Positions 41,479 to 50,685 of a stretch of DNA of 64,000 nt are shown here, in pieces. The translations under genes were made by a program, and so were the position numbers. How positions within the stretch are numbered: position 1 is the stretch's first letter; each line of letters begins with the position of its first letter. The DNA comes from an uncultured Actinomycetota bacterium (GTDB lineage: Bacteria > Actinomycetota > Actinomycetes > Propionibacteriales > Nocardioidaceae), in contig CAWCGH010000003.1 in assembly GCA_963795115.1 (NCBI GenBank), forward strand, positions 222,950-286,949, written 5' to 3'. The notes beneath the pieces are model-generated. The model worked only from the letters and a program-made list of their open reading frames with translations, ran no database searches and was not told the origin of the DNA.

Positions 41479-44352
41479 TCAGCGCTTGCGGGTGCCCCTG
41501 CGCTTGATCGGCACGTGCTCGACGTGCGGCTCGTCGTGCGCGGGCTCGGGCTCGGTGGCCGTCGCAACCTCGGTCGTCCTGGTGCTGGCGGGGGGGCCCG
41601 CCGGGCGAGTCGCAGCCCGGCTGCGGGTGCGGGTGACGACCTTCGGCGCGGCCGGCTCGACCGGCTCTGCCGGCGCGGGGGGCTCAGGCGGCTCAACGAT
41701 CTCGGGCGACTCGGCCTCGGGCTCCGGAGCGGAGTCGAGCGGCTCGGGCCCAGCGTCCTCCGCGGTCTCAGCCTCCTCCGTGACCTCGGTGGCCTCCGGC
41801 GCAGCCTCGGCCCCCGGTGCCTCGACAGCTCCGTCGCCCTTGGTCACCTCATCGGCAACGACGACCGTCGCGTCCTCAGCGTCGTCGGCGTCCTCGCCGT
41901 TCGGCGCGGGCGGCTTCGCCATCGCGGCGACGTCCTTGGGCGAGGGCACTGCCTTCGCAGCCGGCTCGTCGGCCTGGGCTCCGCCGCTCTTGCCCCGGCG
42001 GCGGCGGTTCCCACCGCCGCGACGGGCGTCGTCGTCGTCTCCGCCACCGCGGCGCGGCTCGACGGGCAGGTCGTGGATGACGAGTCCGCGGCCCTGGCAG
42101 TGGTCGCAGGTCTCGCTGAACGCCTCGACCAGGCCGGTGCCGATCCGCTTCCGGGTCATCTGGACCAGGCCGAGCGAGGTCACCTCCGCCACCTGGTGCC
42201 GGGTGCGGTCGCGGCCGAGGCACTCCACGAGCCGGCGCAGGACCAGGTCCCGGTTGGACTCGAGCACCATGTCGATGAAGTCGACGACGATGATCCCGCC
42301 GATGTCGCGGAGACGGAGCTGCCGGACGATCTCCTCGGCGGCTTCCAGGTTGTTCTTGGTGACCGTCTCCTCGAGGTTGCCGCCCGAACCCGTGAACTTG
42401 CCGGTGTTGACGTCGACGACGGTCATCGCCTCGGTGCGGTCGATGACCAGCGATCCACCCGAGGGGAGCCACACCTTGCGGTCGAGTCCCTTGGCGATCT
42501 GCTCGTCGATCCGGTAGGTCGCGAAGACGTCGGGCTTGTCGGACTGACCGGGCTCGCCGTCGACCGAGGTCTTGTACTGCTCGAGCCGCTCGCCCAGGTC
42601 AGGGGCGATCTGCTCGACGTACTCGTGCACCGTGTCCCACGCGTCGTCACCCTGGACGACCAACTTGGCGAAGTCCTCGGTGAAGAGGTCACGGACGACC
42701 TTGAGCGTGAGGTCGGGCTCGCCGTAGAGGAGCTGCGGTGCGTTGCCCTTCGCGGACTTGGCCTCGACGTCCTCCCAGCGCGCCTTGAGCCGCTCGACGT
42801 CGCGGGTGAGCTCGTCCTCGGAGGCGCCCTCGGCGGCGGTACGGACGATGACGCCGGCCGTGTCGGGGACGATCTCCTTCAGCAGCGCCTTCAGCCGGCC
42901 CCGCTCGGTGTCGGGCAGCTTGCGCGAGATGCCGGAGGTGGTGCCGTCGGGGACGTAGACGAGGAACCGGCCGGCGAGGCTGACCTGGCTGGAGAGCCGG
43001 GCGCCCTTGTGGCCGATCGGGTCCTTGGTGACCTGGACGAGCACGGTCTGACCGGAGGTCAGCACCGACTCGATCTTCCGCGGCTGGCCCTCCTTGTGGC
43101 CGAGGGCCGCCCAGTTCACCTCACCGGCGTAGAGGACCGCGTTGCGGCCCTTGCCGATGTCGATGAAGGCAGCCTCCATGGAGGGCAGCACGTTCTGCAC
43201 GCGGCCGAGGTACACGTTGCCGATGATCGAGGTCTGCGAATCGCGGGCGACGTAGTGCTCGACGAGGACCTTGTCCTCGATCACCGCGATCTGGGTGAGG
43301 TCCTTGCGCTGCCGGACGACCATCACCCGCTCGACGGACTCGCGTCGAGCGAGGAACTCGGCCTCGGAGACGATCGGGGCGCGGCGGCGGCCGGCCTCGC
43401 GACCGTCGCGGCGGCGCTGCTTCTTGGCCTCGAGGCGCGTGGATCCGGAGATCGAGGTGATCTCGTCCTCGGCTGCGCGCGGCTTGCGGACCCTGGTGAC
43501 GGTGTTCGTGTCGTCGCCGTCTCCGCCACCCTCGCCCTCGCGCCGTCGCCGGCGACGGCGGCGCGACGAGGACGACGTACCGCCGCCCTCTCCCTGCTCA
43601 CCGCCCTCGGCGTCGTTGGTGTCGTTGGTGTCGTCGTCCGCGGCTTCGGTGCTCCCGCCGGTCACGCCCTCGGCGTCGGCCTTCGCGTCGCCGTCGTCGG
43701 GCTCGTCGTCATCGTCGGTGCCGGCACCGCCTCCGCCACCGGCCCCGCCCGGCTTGCGGCGGCGACGGCCGCCACGCCGGCGGCGGCGGCGCGCCGCCGT
43801 GCTGGCACCGCCCTCGCCCTGGTCGGTGTCGTCGTCCTCGGTCTCATCGCCGCTGTCGTCGCCGCGGTCGTCGCCGCTGTCCGCCGGGGCGTCGCCCTGG
43901 CCCCGGTCGGCGTCCTTCGGAGCAGCAGCCTGCTTCGGCTTGCTCTTCTTGGCGGCCGGCTTCTCCTTCGGCGCCTGGAACAGCACCGCGGCGGTCGGGA
44001 CCACTGCCTCATCGACCGTGACCTCGCCGGCGGCGTCCGTCGTCGCGGCTGCGGGCTTCTTGGCGGTCGACTTCTTCGCCGTGGCCTTCTTCGCGGGGGC
44101 CTTCTTGGCCGGAGCCTTCTTCGCGGGCTTCTCGTCCGCGGGCTTGTCGTCCACGGGCTTCTCGTCGGCCGGCTTCTGGCTCGTGCTCGTGGCCTTCTTG
44201 GCCGGAGCCTTCTTCGCCGCGGCCTTCTTGGCGGGAGCCTTCTTCCTCGCCGCCGGCTTCTGCTCGGGCGCCGCGTCGGCAGCAGAGCCGGTCTCGGCGG
44301 GTGCTGCTTCGTTCGCGGGGGCGTCGACGTTGTCGACGGGGGTGTCAGCCAT
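41479..44352 (-). CDS. rne: Ribonuclease E/G
   Basis: S1 domain AFIDIG, LVIDRTEAMTVVDVNTG, DFIDM, Zn-link CDHC; long low-complexity N- and C-tails. Confidence 0.96.
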   Translation of the reverse strand: MADTPVDNVDAPANEAAPAETGSAADAAPEQKPAARKKAPAKKAAAKKAPAKKATSTSQKPADEKPVDDKPADEKPAKKAPAKKAPAKKATAKKSTAKKPAAATTDAAGEVTVDEAVVPTAAVLFQAPKEKPAAKKSKPKQAAAPKDADRGQGDAPADSGDDRGDDSGDETEDDDTDQGEGGASTAARRRRRRGGRRRRKPGGAGGGGGAGTDDDDEPDDGDAKADAEGVTGGSTEAADDDTNDTNDAEGGEQGEGGGTSSSSRRRRRRRREGEGGGDGDDTNTVTRVRKPRAAEDEITSISGSTRLEAKKQRRRDGREAGRRRAPIVSEAEFLARRESVERVMVVRQRKDLTQIAVIEDKVLVEHYVARDSQTSIIGNVYLGRVQNVLPSMEAAFIDIGKGRNAVLYAGEVNWAALGHKEGQPRKIESVLTSGQTVLVQVTKDPIGHKGARLSSQVSLAGRFLVYVPDGTTSGISRKLPDTERGRLKALLKEIVPDTAGVIVRTAAEGASEDELTRDVERLKARWEDVEAKSAKGNAPQLLYGEPDLTLKVVRDLFTEDFAKLVVQGDDAWDTVHEYVEQIAPDLGERLEQYKTSVDGEPGQSDKPDVFATYRIDEQIAKGLDRKVWLPSGGSLVIDRTEAMTVVDVNTGKFTGSGGNLEETVTKNNLEAAEEIVRQLRLRDIGGIIVVDFIDMVLESNRDLVLRRLVECLGRDRTRHQVAEVTSLGLVQMTRKRIGTGLVEAFSETCDHCQGRGLVIHDLPVEPRRGGGDDDDARRGGGNRRRRGKSGGAQADEPAAKAVPSPKDVAAMAKPPAPNGEDADDAEDATVVVADEVTKGDGAVEAPGAEAAPEATEVTEEAETAEDAGPEPLDSAPEPEAESPEIVEPPEPPAPAEPVEPAAPKVVTRTRSRAATRPAGPPASTRTTEVATATEPEPAHDEPHVEHVPIKRRGTRKR

Positions 44353-44781
44353 GCGCTGCTCCTCCGCCCGCCGCCTCTCGGCAGTCCGGGCGTGTCGTTC
44401 GCCGACCGGCTCCCCGCGAGGGGCTCCGGCGGCGCAAGCCTTCAATGGGACGACATCCTCCGCAGGAGCGTCACTGGCGGCTCAGGCCTGCCTGCCGCGG
44501 TCGCTCGGTCCTGGCCCCAGATTCCATGTCTGGGTCCCGGGCGCCGGATCGCTGTCACCGATCCGTCCACCTGCGTCGCGGTCTGGCGAGGGTCTCAACC
44601 TCCACCGTGCCGGGCCCGTCTGACAGCTACGGAAACCGGCGAGAACGTCGTCGGATCGGTTTGTCGGGCGCCTCGTCGGAGGTGCGCCGTTGGGGGCCGA
44701 TCTGTGGCGAGTATCGCACACGGCGGGTGGACGGCAGGTATCCCGGCGGAACCCGGCGCGGGTGATCCGCCGAGACGCGCC

Positions 44782-45495
44782 TCAAGCCAAGGGGTCGCCG
44801 ACCGAGCCGTTCGTCTCGTCGAGCGGACCCTGTGCGAGCCGGGTCAGCAGCGCCGTCGTCGGCGGCGTGAAGCCGGAGACCGCGGCGAGCCCCGACAGCA
44901 CGTCGTCCGGTCGTACGGCGGGCACGGTGTGGCGCAGCACGAGCGCGAGCCCCGGTTCGCCCTCGGTCTCGGAGACGTCCAGAGCGACGACGGCCGCGCG
45001 GCAGTCGAAGGTCCGCAGGCCCTTCTTCGTCATCCGCTCCACCGGCACCGACCCGGTGCCGAGGAAGGTCGCCACCGCCGCAGCCACCAATGCCGGGTCG
45101 GCACCGCGCAGCTCGACCAGCCAGGAGCTGGCGATGAGCAGGTCGGCGAGCGACCCGCCCGGCGACTCCACGATGGCCGCGACGTCGAGCCCGTCGGGCA
45201 GGGCGTCGTCGAGGGCGCGTCCTACGTCCTCGGGCTCGCGGCGCTCGGCGAGGCCGAGCTCGAGGTACTCCGCCTCGCTCGCCGCACCCGTCGGCGAGGC
45301 GCCGGCGTAGGAGATCCGCGGGTGGGGGTGGAAGCCCGAGGAATAGGCCATCGGGATCCCTGCCCGGAAGACCGCCCGCTCGACGGCCCGGCTCACGTCG
45401 CGGTGGCTCGTGAACCGCAGCCGGCCGCGCTTCGTGTAGCGGATCCGCAGCCGCTGGACGGGCGGGGCCTGCTGCTCGGGCTGCTGACGACTCAC
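44782..45495 (-). CDS. Radical-SAM-linked protein (DUF2344/TIGR03936 type)
   Basis: QRLRIRYTKRGRLRFTSHRD...MAYSSGFHPHPRISY. Confidence 0.88.
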   Translation of the reverse strand: MSRQQPEQQAPPVQRLRIRYTKRGRLRFTSHRDVSRAVERAVFRAGIPMAYSSGFHPHPRISYAGASPTGAASEAEYLELGLAERREPEDVGRALDDALPDGLDVAAIVESPGGSLADLLIASSWLVELRGADPALVAAAVATFLGTGSVPVERMTKKGLRTFDCRAAVVALDVSETEGEPGLALVLRHTVPAVRPDDVLSGLAAVSGFTPPTTALLTRLAQGPLDETNGSVGDPLA

Positions 45496-45511
45496 GGGTG
45501 CTGATCGTAGG

Positions 45512-46693
45512 TCAACCGAGACGTGCGCCCTTCATCTGCGGGGAGGCGTAGACGTTGACGATCCGCACGCCGTCGAGCCAGGCCGTGAGCCGCGCGGCCT
45601 CCGCGTCGAGCGCCGCCGCGGCCTCCGTCCCGACGTCGTGCCGCAGCACCACCCGGACCGCCGCGTCGTCGTCCTGTACCCAGCAGCCGACGACCCGGCC
45701 GTCCCACCACGCCGTGTTGCCGGCGTTGCCGTTGCTGTCGAAGAGGTACGGCGTGTCGGCCGGGTCGAGATAGAAAGCCCTCTCCTTCCAGCCCATCACG
45801 GTCGGGTCGAGCGTCGGCAGCAGCGCGGCCCACGGCGCGACCGGCTCGTCGGGCTCGAGGTCGTCGGGCAGGACCCAGCCGGTGCCGTTGCCGTCGAGCG
45901 TCACCTCGACCGCGCCGATGTCAGTCAGCGCCCGTCGGACGATCGTCTTGGTCGCGCCGAGCCACCAGACGATGTCGGTCTCGCTGCCGGGGCCGAAGGT
46001 CGCCAGCCAGCGCCGCACCAGCTCGGCGTACCCCTTGTCCTCCGGCCACGCGGGCGGGGCCGCGTCGAGCCAGAGGTCGGTGCGCACCCAGGTCGGCTTG
46101 TTGAGCCGCCAGTGGCCCGCATTGGTGCCGCGAACCACCCGGCCCTCGGCGCCGAGCGTGGTCATCACCCACGCGCCGATCGGGAAGTCTCCGCCCCACT
46201 TCTTGTCCGGCGTGCCCAGCGAGAACCGTCCCTCGAGCGCCGGCACCAGGCCGCGCAGCTCGCGGGTGGTGCGGGGCTCCCCGTCCGCCATCGCCGCGAG
46301 GACGTCGGCGAGCACGGCGGCGAGCCACGCATCCGGCTCGTCAGCCAGGCCGGCCTCGACGATCCACTTGATCAGCTGCTTGCGCTGTTGGACCGCCACC
46401 CGGGCCGCCGCGCTCCCCCACGCCGCCGGCAGCAGGTCGCCCGGGAACGCGAACAGCGTGCGCCGCATCGCAAGCTGCTTGACGAGCGTGCGGTCGTTGT
46501 AGAGGGCAGCCTCGACGTCGGCGAGGGTCAGCCCTCGCACCCGCGCCCACAGCGCGAGGTGAACGGTGGCTGCTTCGGTGGCGTGGAGGACCGTCATCGC
46601 CCGGGTCGCACTGAGCACGTCGGGGAGGCCTCCGGTGAAGCCCTGCCGCCGGGCGAGGCGCGACCGGCGCTCGGTGTCGTCGATGTGCCGCAC
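45512..46693 (-). CDS. Winged-helix (HTH_42) AlkZ/YcaQ-like DNA glycosylase
   Basis: LHATE...LALWAR, KQLAMRRTLF, RRWLATFGP, LLPTLDPTVMGWKER, WWDGRVVG.W. Confidence 0.8.
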   Translation of the reverse strand: MRHIDDTERRSRLARRQGFTGGLPDVLSATRAMTVLHATEAATVHLALWARVRGLTLADVEAALYNDRTLVKQLAMRRTLFAFPGDLLPAAWGSAAARVAVQQRKQLIKWIVEAGLADEPDAWLAAVLADVLAAMADGEPRTTRELRGLVPALEGRFSLGTPDKKWGGDFPIGAWVMTTLGAEGRVVRGTNAGHWRLNKPTWVRTDLWLDAAPPAWPEDKGYAELVRRWLATFGPGSETDIVWWLGATKTIVRRALTDIGAVEVTLDGNGTGWVLPDDLEPDEPVAPWAALLPTLDPTVMGWKERAFYLDPADTPYLFDSNGNAGNTAWWDGRVVGCWVQDDDAAVRVVLRHDVGTEAAAALDAEAARLTAWLDGVRIVNVYASPQMKGARLG

Positions 46694-46780
46694 GGGGTCA
46701 TCGTCCCCGACTCCGCCGACACAGGTCCGGAACGGCGAATCTGCTCTTTTCCGACATCCGTCCGCCGTACGCTGCTGCCC

Positions 46781-47413
46781 GTGAGCAACCCTTATGGCAA
46801 CGACCCCTACGGCCAGCAGCCCCCGAACCCCTATGGCCCGCCGGGAGGTGGCTCCAGCTTGAACGAGCCGCCCAAGACGGATGTGGTGTCCATCTCCGCG
46901 CTCGTGCTGAGCCTGCTCTGCTGCTCGCCGGTCGCCCTGGTGCTCGGCATCGTCGGGATCGTGCGGACCAAGGGTGGTCGGCGGAAGGGTCGCTGGGCCG
47001 CGATCGTCGGCCTGGTCCTGAGCGTCATAGGTCTCATCGGCGGCGTCGTGCTCATCGCCGCCGGCGGCATCTTCCTCAGCTCGGTCGTCGCGCCCGAGGA
47101 CGCCGAGGTCGGCCAGTGCATCAACATCGACACCGACGACGACACGGTCCTCCTCCGCGAGGCCGAGTGCAACGAGGAGCACGACGGCGAGATAGTCGGT
47201 GTCGCCGAGGTGACCGACGAGAACCTCGAGCAGGTCGAGTCGCTGATGGCCGGCTACTGCGCCGAGGCGATCTCCGACGAGGACTTCGCGAAGCTCACGG
47301 ACTACCTCGAGGACATCAAGGCCGTCACCCAGGACCCCAACGACGTGGAGGTCGGCGACGAGCTGGTCTGCTACGTCGAGCCGGGCGACAAGCTCGACGA
47401 GCCGATCCTCTGA
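46781..47413 (+). CDS. DUF4190-type membrane protein with Cys-rich (septum-formation-like) domain, paralogue 1
   Basis: PYG-rich N-terminus, two TM helices, VGQC...ECNEEHDGEIV...C...VGDELVCY. Confidence 0.75.
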   Translation: MSNPYGNDPYGQQPPNPYGPPGGGSSLNEPPKTDVVSISALVLSLLCCSPVALVLGIVGIVRTKGGRRKGRWAAIVGLVLSVIGLIGGVVLIAAGGIFLSSVVAPEDAEVGQCINIDTDDDTVLLREAECNEEHDGEIVGVAEVTDENLEQVESLMAGYCAEAISDEDFAKLTDYLEDIKAVTQDPNDVEVGDELVCYVEPGDKLDEPIL

Positions 47414-47420
47414 GCCGAGG

Positions 47421-48113
47421 TTGAGCAACCCGTACGGCGGTCCGCCGGGCTCACCGTCGGACCGCGAGCCCGGCGAGCAACCGTCGTACTCGCCGTACGG
47501 CGGCAACGCGTACGGCGGCGAGCCGCCGTCGCCGTACGGGCCCACCGGCACGGCTTCCGGCACCGATCCCGTGTCGATCACCGGTTTCGTGCTCAGCCTG
47601 CTGTGCTGCACCGGGTTCGTCGGCGTGATCCTCGGCATCATCGGTCTCAGCCGGACCAAGGACGGCGTCCGCAAGGGGCGCTGGGCCGCTGTCTCGGCCA
47701 TCGTGATCGGCGCCGTGACAACCGTGTTGTCGGTCGCCGCGATCGGGTTCTTCACCTGGTTCGGGACCAGCACGGTGCTCCTCGACAGCGCCGACGTCGG
47801 GCAGTGCGTCAACGTCGACGAGCTCTCCGGCAACGACGCGACGCTCTTCAAGAAGGACTGCGACGAGCCGCATGAGGCAGAGATCGCGGTCGCCGACGAC
47901 TTCACCAGCGAACAGGCCGGCGCCTTCCAGCAGGGATTCCCGGATGCGGTGTGCGGCGACCTCCTGACCGACGAGTACGCAGCCGCGTTCGACACCGGCA
48001 CCTACGACATCGGCCTGGTCTTCGAGGCCAGCGAGCCGGACGCGGGCGATGCCTTCATCTGCTACCTCGAGCGCGCCGACGGCGACGACCTCGAGGCAGC
48101 GATCGGCGACTGA
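47421..48113 (+). CDS. DUF4190-type membrane protein with Cys-rich domain, paralogue 2
   Basis: MSNPYG start like paralogue 1; VGQC...DCDEPHEAEI...C...AGDAFICY. Confidence 0.75.
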   Translation: MSNPYGGPPGSPSDREPGEQPSYSPYGGNAYGGEPPSPYGPTGTASGTDPVSITGFVLSLLCCTGFVGVILGIIGLSRTKDGVRKGRWAAVSAIVIGAVTTVLSVAAIGFFTWFGTSTVLLDSADVGQCVNVDELSGNDATLFKKDCDEPHEAEIAVADDFTSEQAGAFQQGFPDAVCGDLLTDEYAAAFDTGTYDIGLVFEASEPDAGDAFICYLERADGDDLEAAIGD

Positions 48114-48124
48114 CCAGCCGCCTG

Positions 48125-48688
48125 ATGCCCGAGCAACCCGACGACTGGCCCTGACCTGGGTGGGAGCGCCAGTCGCGGGCTTCCACGGATTCCTCGGGCT
48201 TCGCCGTACGGCTGACGGCACGTGCTCGGGGCGTCGGGCGGCCATCCTCGGTGTGGTCTTCGGCTTCCTAGGAACGTTCGGTCTGGTGGCCGGCGTCGCG
48301 GGCGCCACCTGGTTCCGCGACAACATCAACAGCGTCGGGAGGGTGGAAGCCGGCGAGTGCGTCGACGTCGGCAGGTCGGACGGAGTCAGCCTCGACATCC
48401 GGGACTGCAATGAGCGGCACCGGGCCGAGGTGGTGCCCGCCGCTGAGGTGGACAGCTCGTCGTACGACGCCCTCGTCAACGGCAGCGCGGCGGAGTTCTG
48501 CTTCAGCCAGCCCGAGGAGCCTTACAGGAGTGCCGCCCGGCACCGGCCGTTACCTCGTCACCGTCGTGCTCGATGAACCTGCTGACCGACCCAGGGTCGG
48601 CTATGACTTCGCGTGTTTCTTCGAGTCCGCGGACGGCCTGTCGCTCGACGCGCCGATCGACGGGAGCACGGAGGAAGGCAATGTCTGA
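48125..48688 (+). pseudogene. Decayed paralogue 3 of the Cys-rich membrane protein family
   Basis: TM helix plus AGECVDV...DCNERHRAEVV...FC, frameshift near 48537, then VGYDFACF; broken 5' end. Confidence 0.65.
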
Positions 48689-49089
48689 GGCGCAGCGTTG
48701 GAGCGCGCCCGACCGAACGAACGCCGACCCGGCCATCGTGCTGATATCGGATCTCCACATCCGCGACTGCTTCGACGATCCCACTCTGCGCGGCAGCGAG
48801 GGCCCGATCAGGAAGGTCGCCTGCGGCGAGCCGCACGATGCCGAGGTGATGAGGTTCCTTTCGATCACATCCGAGCAGTTTCCCGGCCTCCGTTCCGTGC
48901 ACGAACAGGCGCGGGGCTGCCGCGCTGTCTTCGGGAGTACGTCGGCGAGCCGCTCCGCGAGTCGAAGCTCGCGCTGACCTACTACTACTACCCACCGCCG
49001 CCAGCTGGATGGACAGCCGCAGCCGGGCGATCACGTGCGTCGTGCTCGATGCCAGCGGTCCGTTGAAGGAGCCGGCGTGGCAACAGTGA
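48681..49089 (+). pseudogene. Decayed septum-formation-like domain (paralogue 4)
   Basis: RDCFDD...VACGEPHDAEV...GC../EYVG.PLRESKL..YYY.P...W/RAITCVV; two frame changes; no TM helix. Confidence 0.65.
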
Positions 49090-49164
49090 CACCGAGCCGA
49101 GTCGGTCACGCAGACTGAGCCGAAATCGCCCGACACAGTCCTCCGCGGCCCTACGCTGCGGTGC

Positions 49165-49875
49165 GTGGGTCAGGGGCAGGATCAAGGTCCGTACGACGCG
49201 GGCGGCTTCACGCCGTACCAGCCCGACGCCACGCCCGACGCCGAACCGCCCGTGGGGGCGCCTCCGCCGGCTCCCGCGCCGTTCGTCCCTTACGGCGGCG
49301 AGCCGGTCGTGCCGTACGGCGGCGCCACGCCGCAACAGTTCTACGCGACGACCACCACGACGTCGGGCGCCCGCCGGGTCCTGCCGTGGCTGATCGGGCT
49401 CGGGGTGCTGGTCGCCACCTGCGGTGGTGGCATCGCGGCGCTCATCGGAGCCATCGGGAGCATCGACTTCAGCTCCGACGATGCCACTGCGAGCGGCGAC
49501 GTCTACGTCAACGACCTCAAGGCTGGCCAGTGCTTGAACGGCGCCGGCTTCGCGACGGACGAGCCGGTCTCCGGCCTCGAGATCGTGGACTGCTCCACCG
49601 CGCACGATGTCCAGGTGCTCGAGGTCAACCTCCTGGACTCCGAGGAGGCCGCCGACTACAAGTTCGACGACCCTCAGAGCTCTGCTCGGGTGTGCAACCC
49701 CGTCCTCTCCGAGAGCCAGAAGGCGCTCGTGCAGAGCCGTGACTACGGCCTGGTCGCCTTCACCGAGACCGGCAGCCCGGTCGTCGGCGACAAGGTCGCC
49801 TGCCTGGTGAAGCGCGCAGACGACGAGAAGATTCGCGAGTTCCTCCCCGTGCCGACGCCGGAGCAGCTGACGTAG
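49165..49875 (+). CDS. Single-TM protein with PYG-rich tail and Cys-rich domain, paralogue 5
   Basis: PYGG repeats, LVATCGGG TM, AGQCL...DCSTAHDVQVLEV...C...GDKVACL. Confidence 0.75.
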   Translation: MGQGQDQGPYDAGGFTPYQPDATPDAEPPVGAPPPAPAPFVPYGGEPVVPYGGATPQQFYATTTTTSGARRVLPWLIGLGVLVATCGGGIAALIGAIGSIDFSSDDATASGDVYVNDLKAGQCLNGAGFATDEPVSGLEIVDCSTAHDVQVLEVNLLDSEEAADYKFDDPQSSARVCNPVLSESQKALVQSRDYGLVAFTETGSPVVGDKVACLVKRADDEKIREFLPVPTPEQLT

Positions 49876-49890
49876 CCCTACGCTGCGGAC

Positions 49891-50679
49891 GTGGGCCAGG
49901 ATCAGGATCCGTATGACGAGTCCGGCGGCTTCGCGCCGTACCAGCCGTCCGGCGTGCCGCAGGGCGAGCCGGGCGAGCCGGGCGGCAGCCCACCTGCGGA
50001 GCCGTTCGTGCCGTACGGCGGCACGCCAGAGGTGCCGTTCGTGCCGTACGGCAGCGCGCTCCAAGGAACCTCGACCACTCCGTTCGTCGCTTCGACGTCG
50101 GGTCGACGCTGGGTCGGCTGGGTCGTCGGCTTCGGCATCCTGATCGCGACCTGCGGCGGCAGCATCATCACCGGCCTCGCCGGCCTCGTCTCAGACTTCG
50201 GGTCCGACTCGGGGTCGGATACGTCGCCTGAGGTCGTGGTGCCGGAGATCGAGTTCCCGAGCTTCACCGTCCCCACCTTCGACGCTCCCAGCATCCCGAC
50301 CCCGAGCGTCCGGACCGAGGTCTTCGCCAACGACCTCCGGCGTAGCCAGTGCCTCCTCGGCGTCGGCTTCGACCCCTCCAGTGACGGCGGCATCTCCAAC
50401 CTCGAGGACACCGATTGCGCAGGTGCCCACAACGCGCAGGTCCTCGAGGTCCGGGTGCTCAGCGACCGCGAGGCGTCGGACTACGACTTCCTCGACGGCG
50501 AGCAGGGCAACCGGAGCTGCTTCCCGCTCTTCTCCCGCGAACAGAAGGAGCTGTTCCAGGGCGACAAGTACACCCTGCTCTCCTTCACCGAAACGGCGAA
50601 ACCGACCGGCGGCGACAAGGTGGCCTGCCTCATCGTCCGCTCCGACGGCGCGCTCTACCGAGGCTTCCTCCCGCGCTGA
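49891..50679 (+). CDS. Single-TM protein with PYG-rich tail and Cys-rich domain, paralogue 6
   Basis: Close paralogue of 49165-49875 (LIATCGGS, DCAGAHNAQVLEV, GDKVACL); shared upstream gccctacgctgcgg. Confidence 0.75.
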   Translation: MGQDQDPYDESGGFAPYQPSGVPQGEPGEPGGSPPAEPFVPYGGTPEVPFVPYGSALQGTSTTPFVASTSGRRWVGWVVGFGILIATCGGSIITGLAGLVSDFGSDSGSDTSPEVVVPEIEFPSFTVPTFDAPSIPTPSVRTEVFANDLRRSQCLLGVGFDPSSDGGISNLEDTDCAGAHNAQVLEVRVLSDREASDYDFLDGEQGNRSCFPLFSREQKELFQGDKYTLLSFTETAKPTGGDKVACLIVRSDGALYRGFLPR

Positions 50680-50685
50680 ATCGTC

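Noticed and set aside
41515-45504. 1329-aa plus-strand ORF, and similar long ORFs at 9406-11550, 27537-29975 and 50884-53523
   Set aside because: Antisense shadows of real genes (rne, alpha-barrel gene, ligA, radical SAM); expected in high-GC DNA; no motifs
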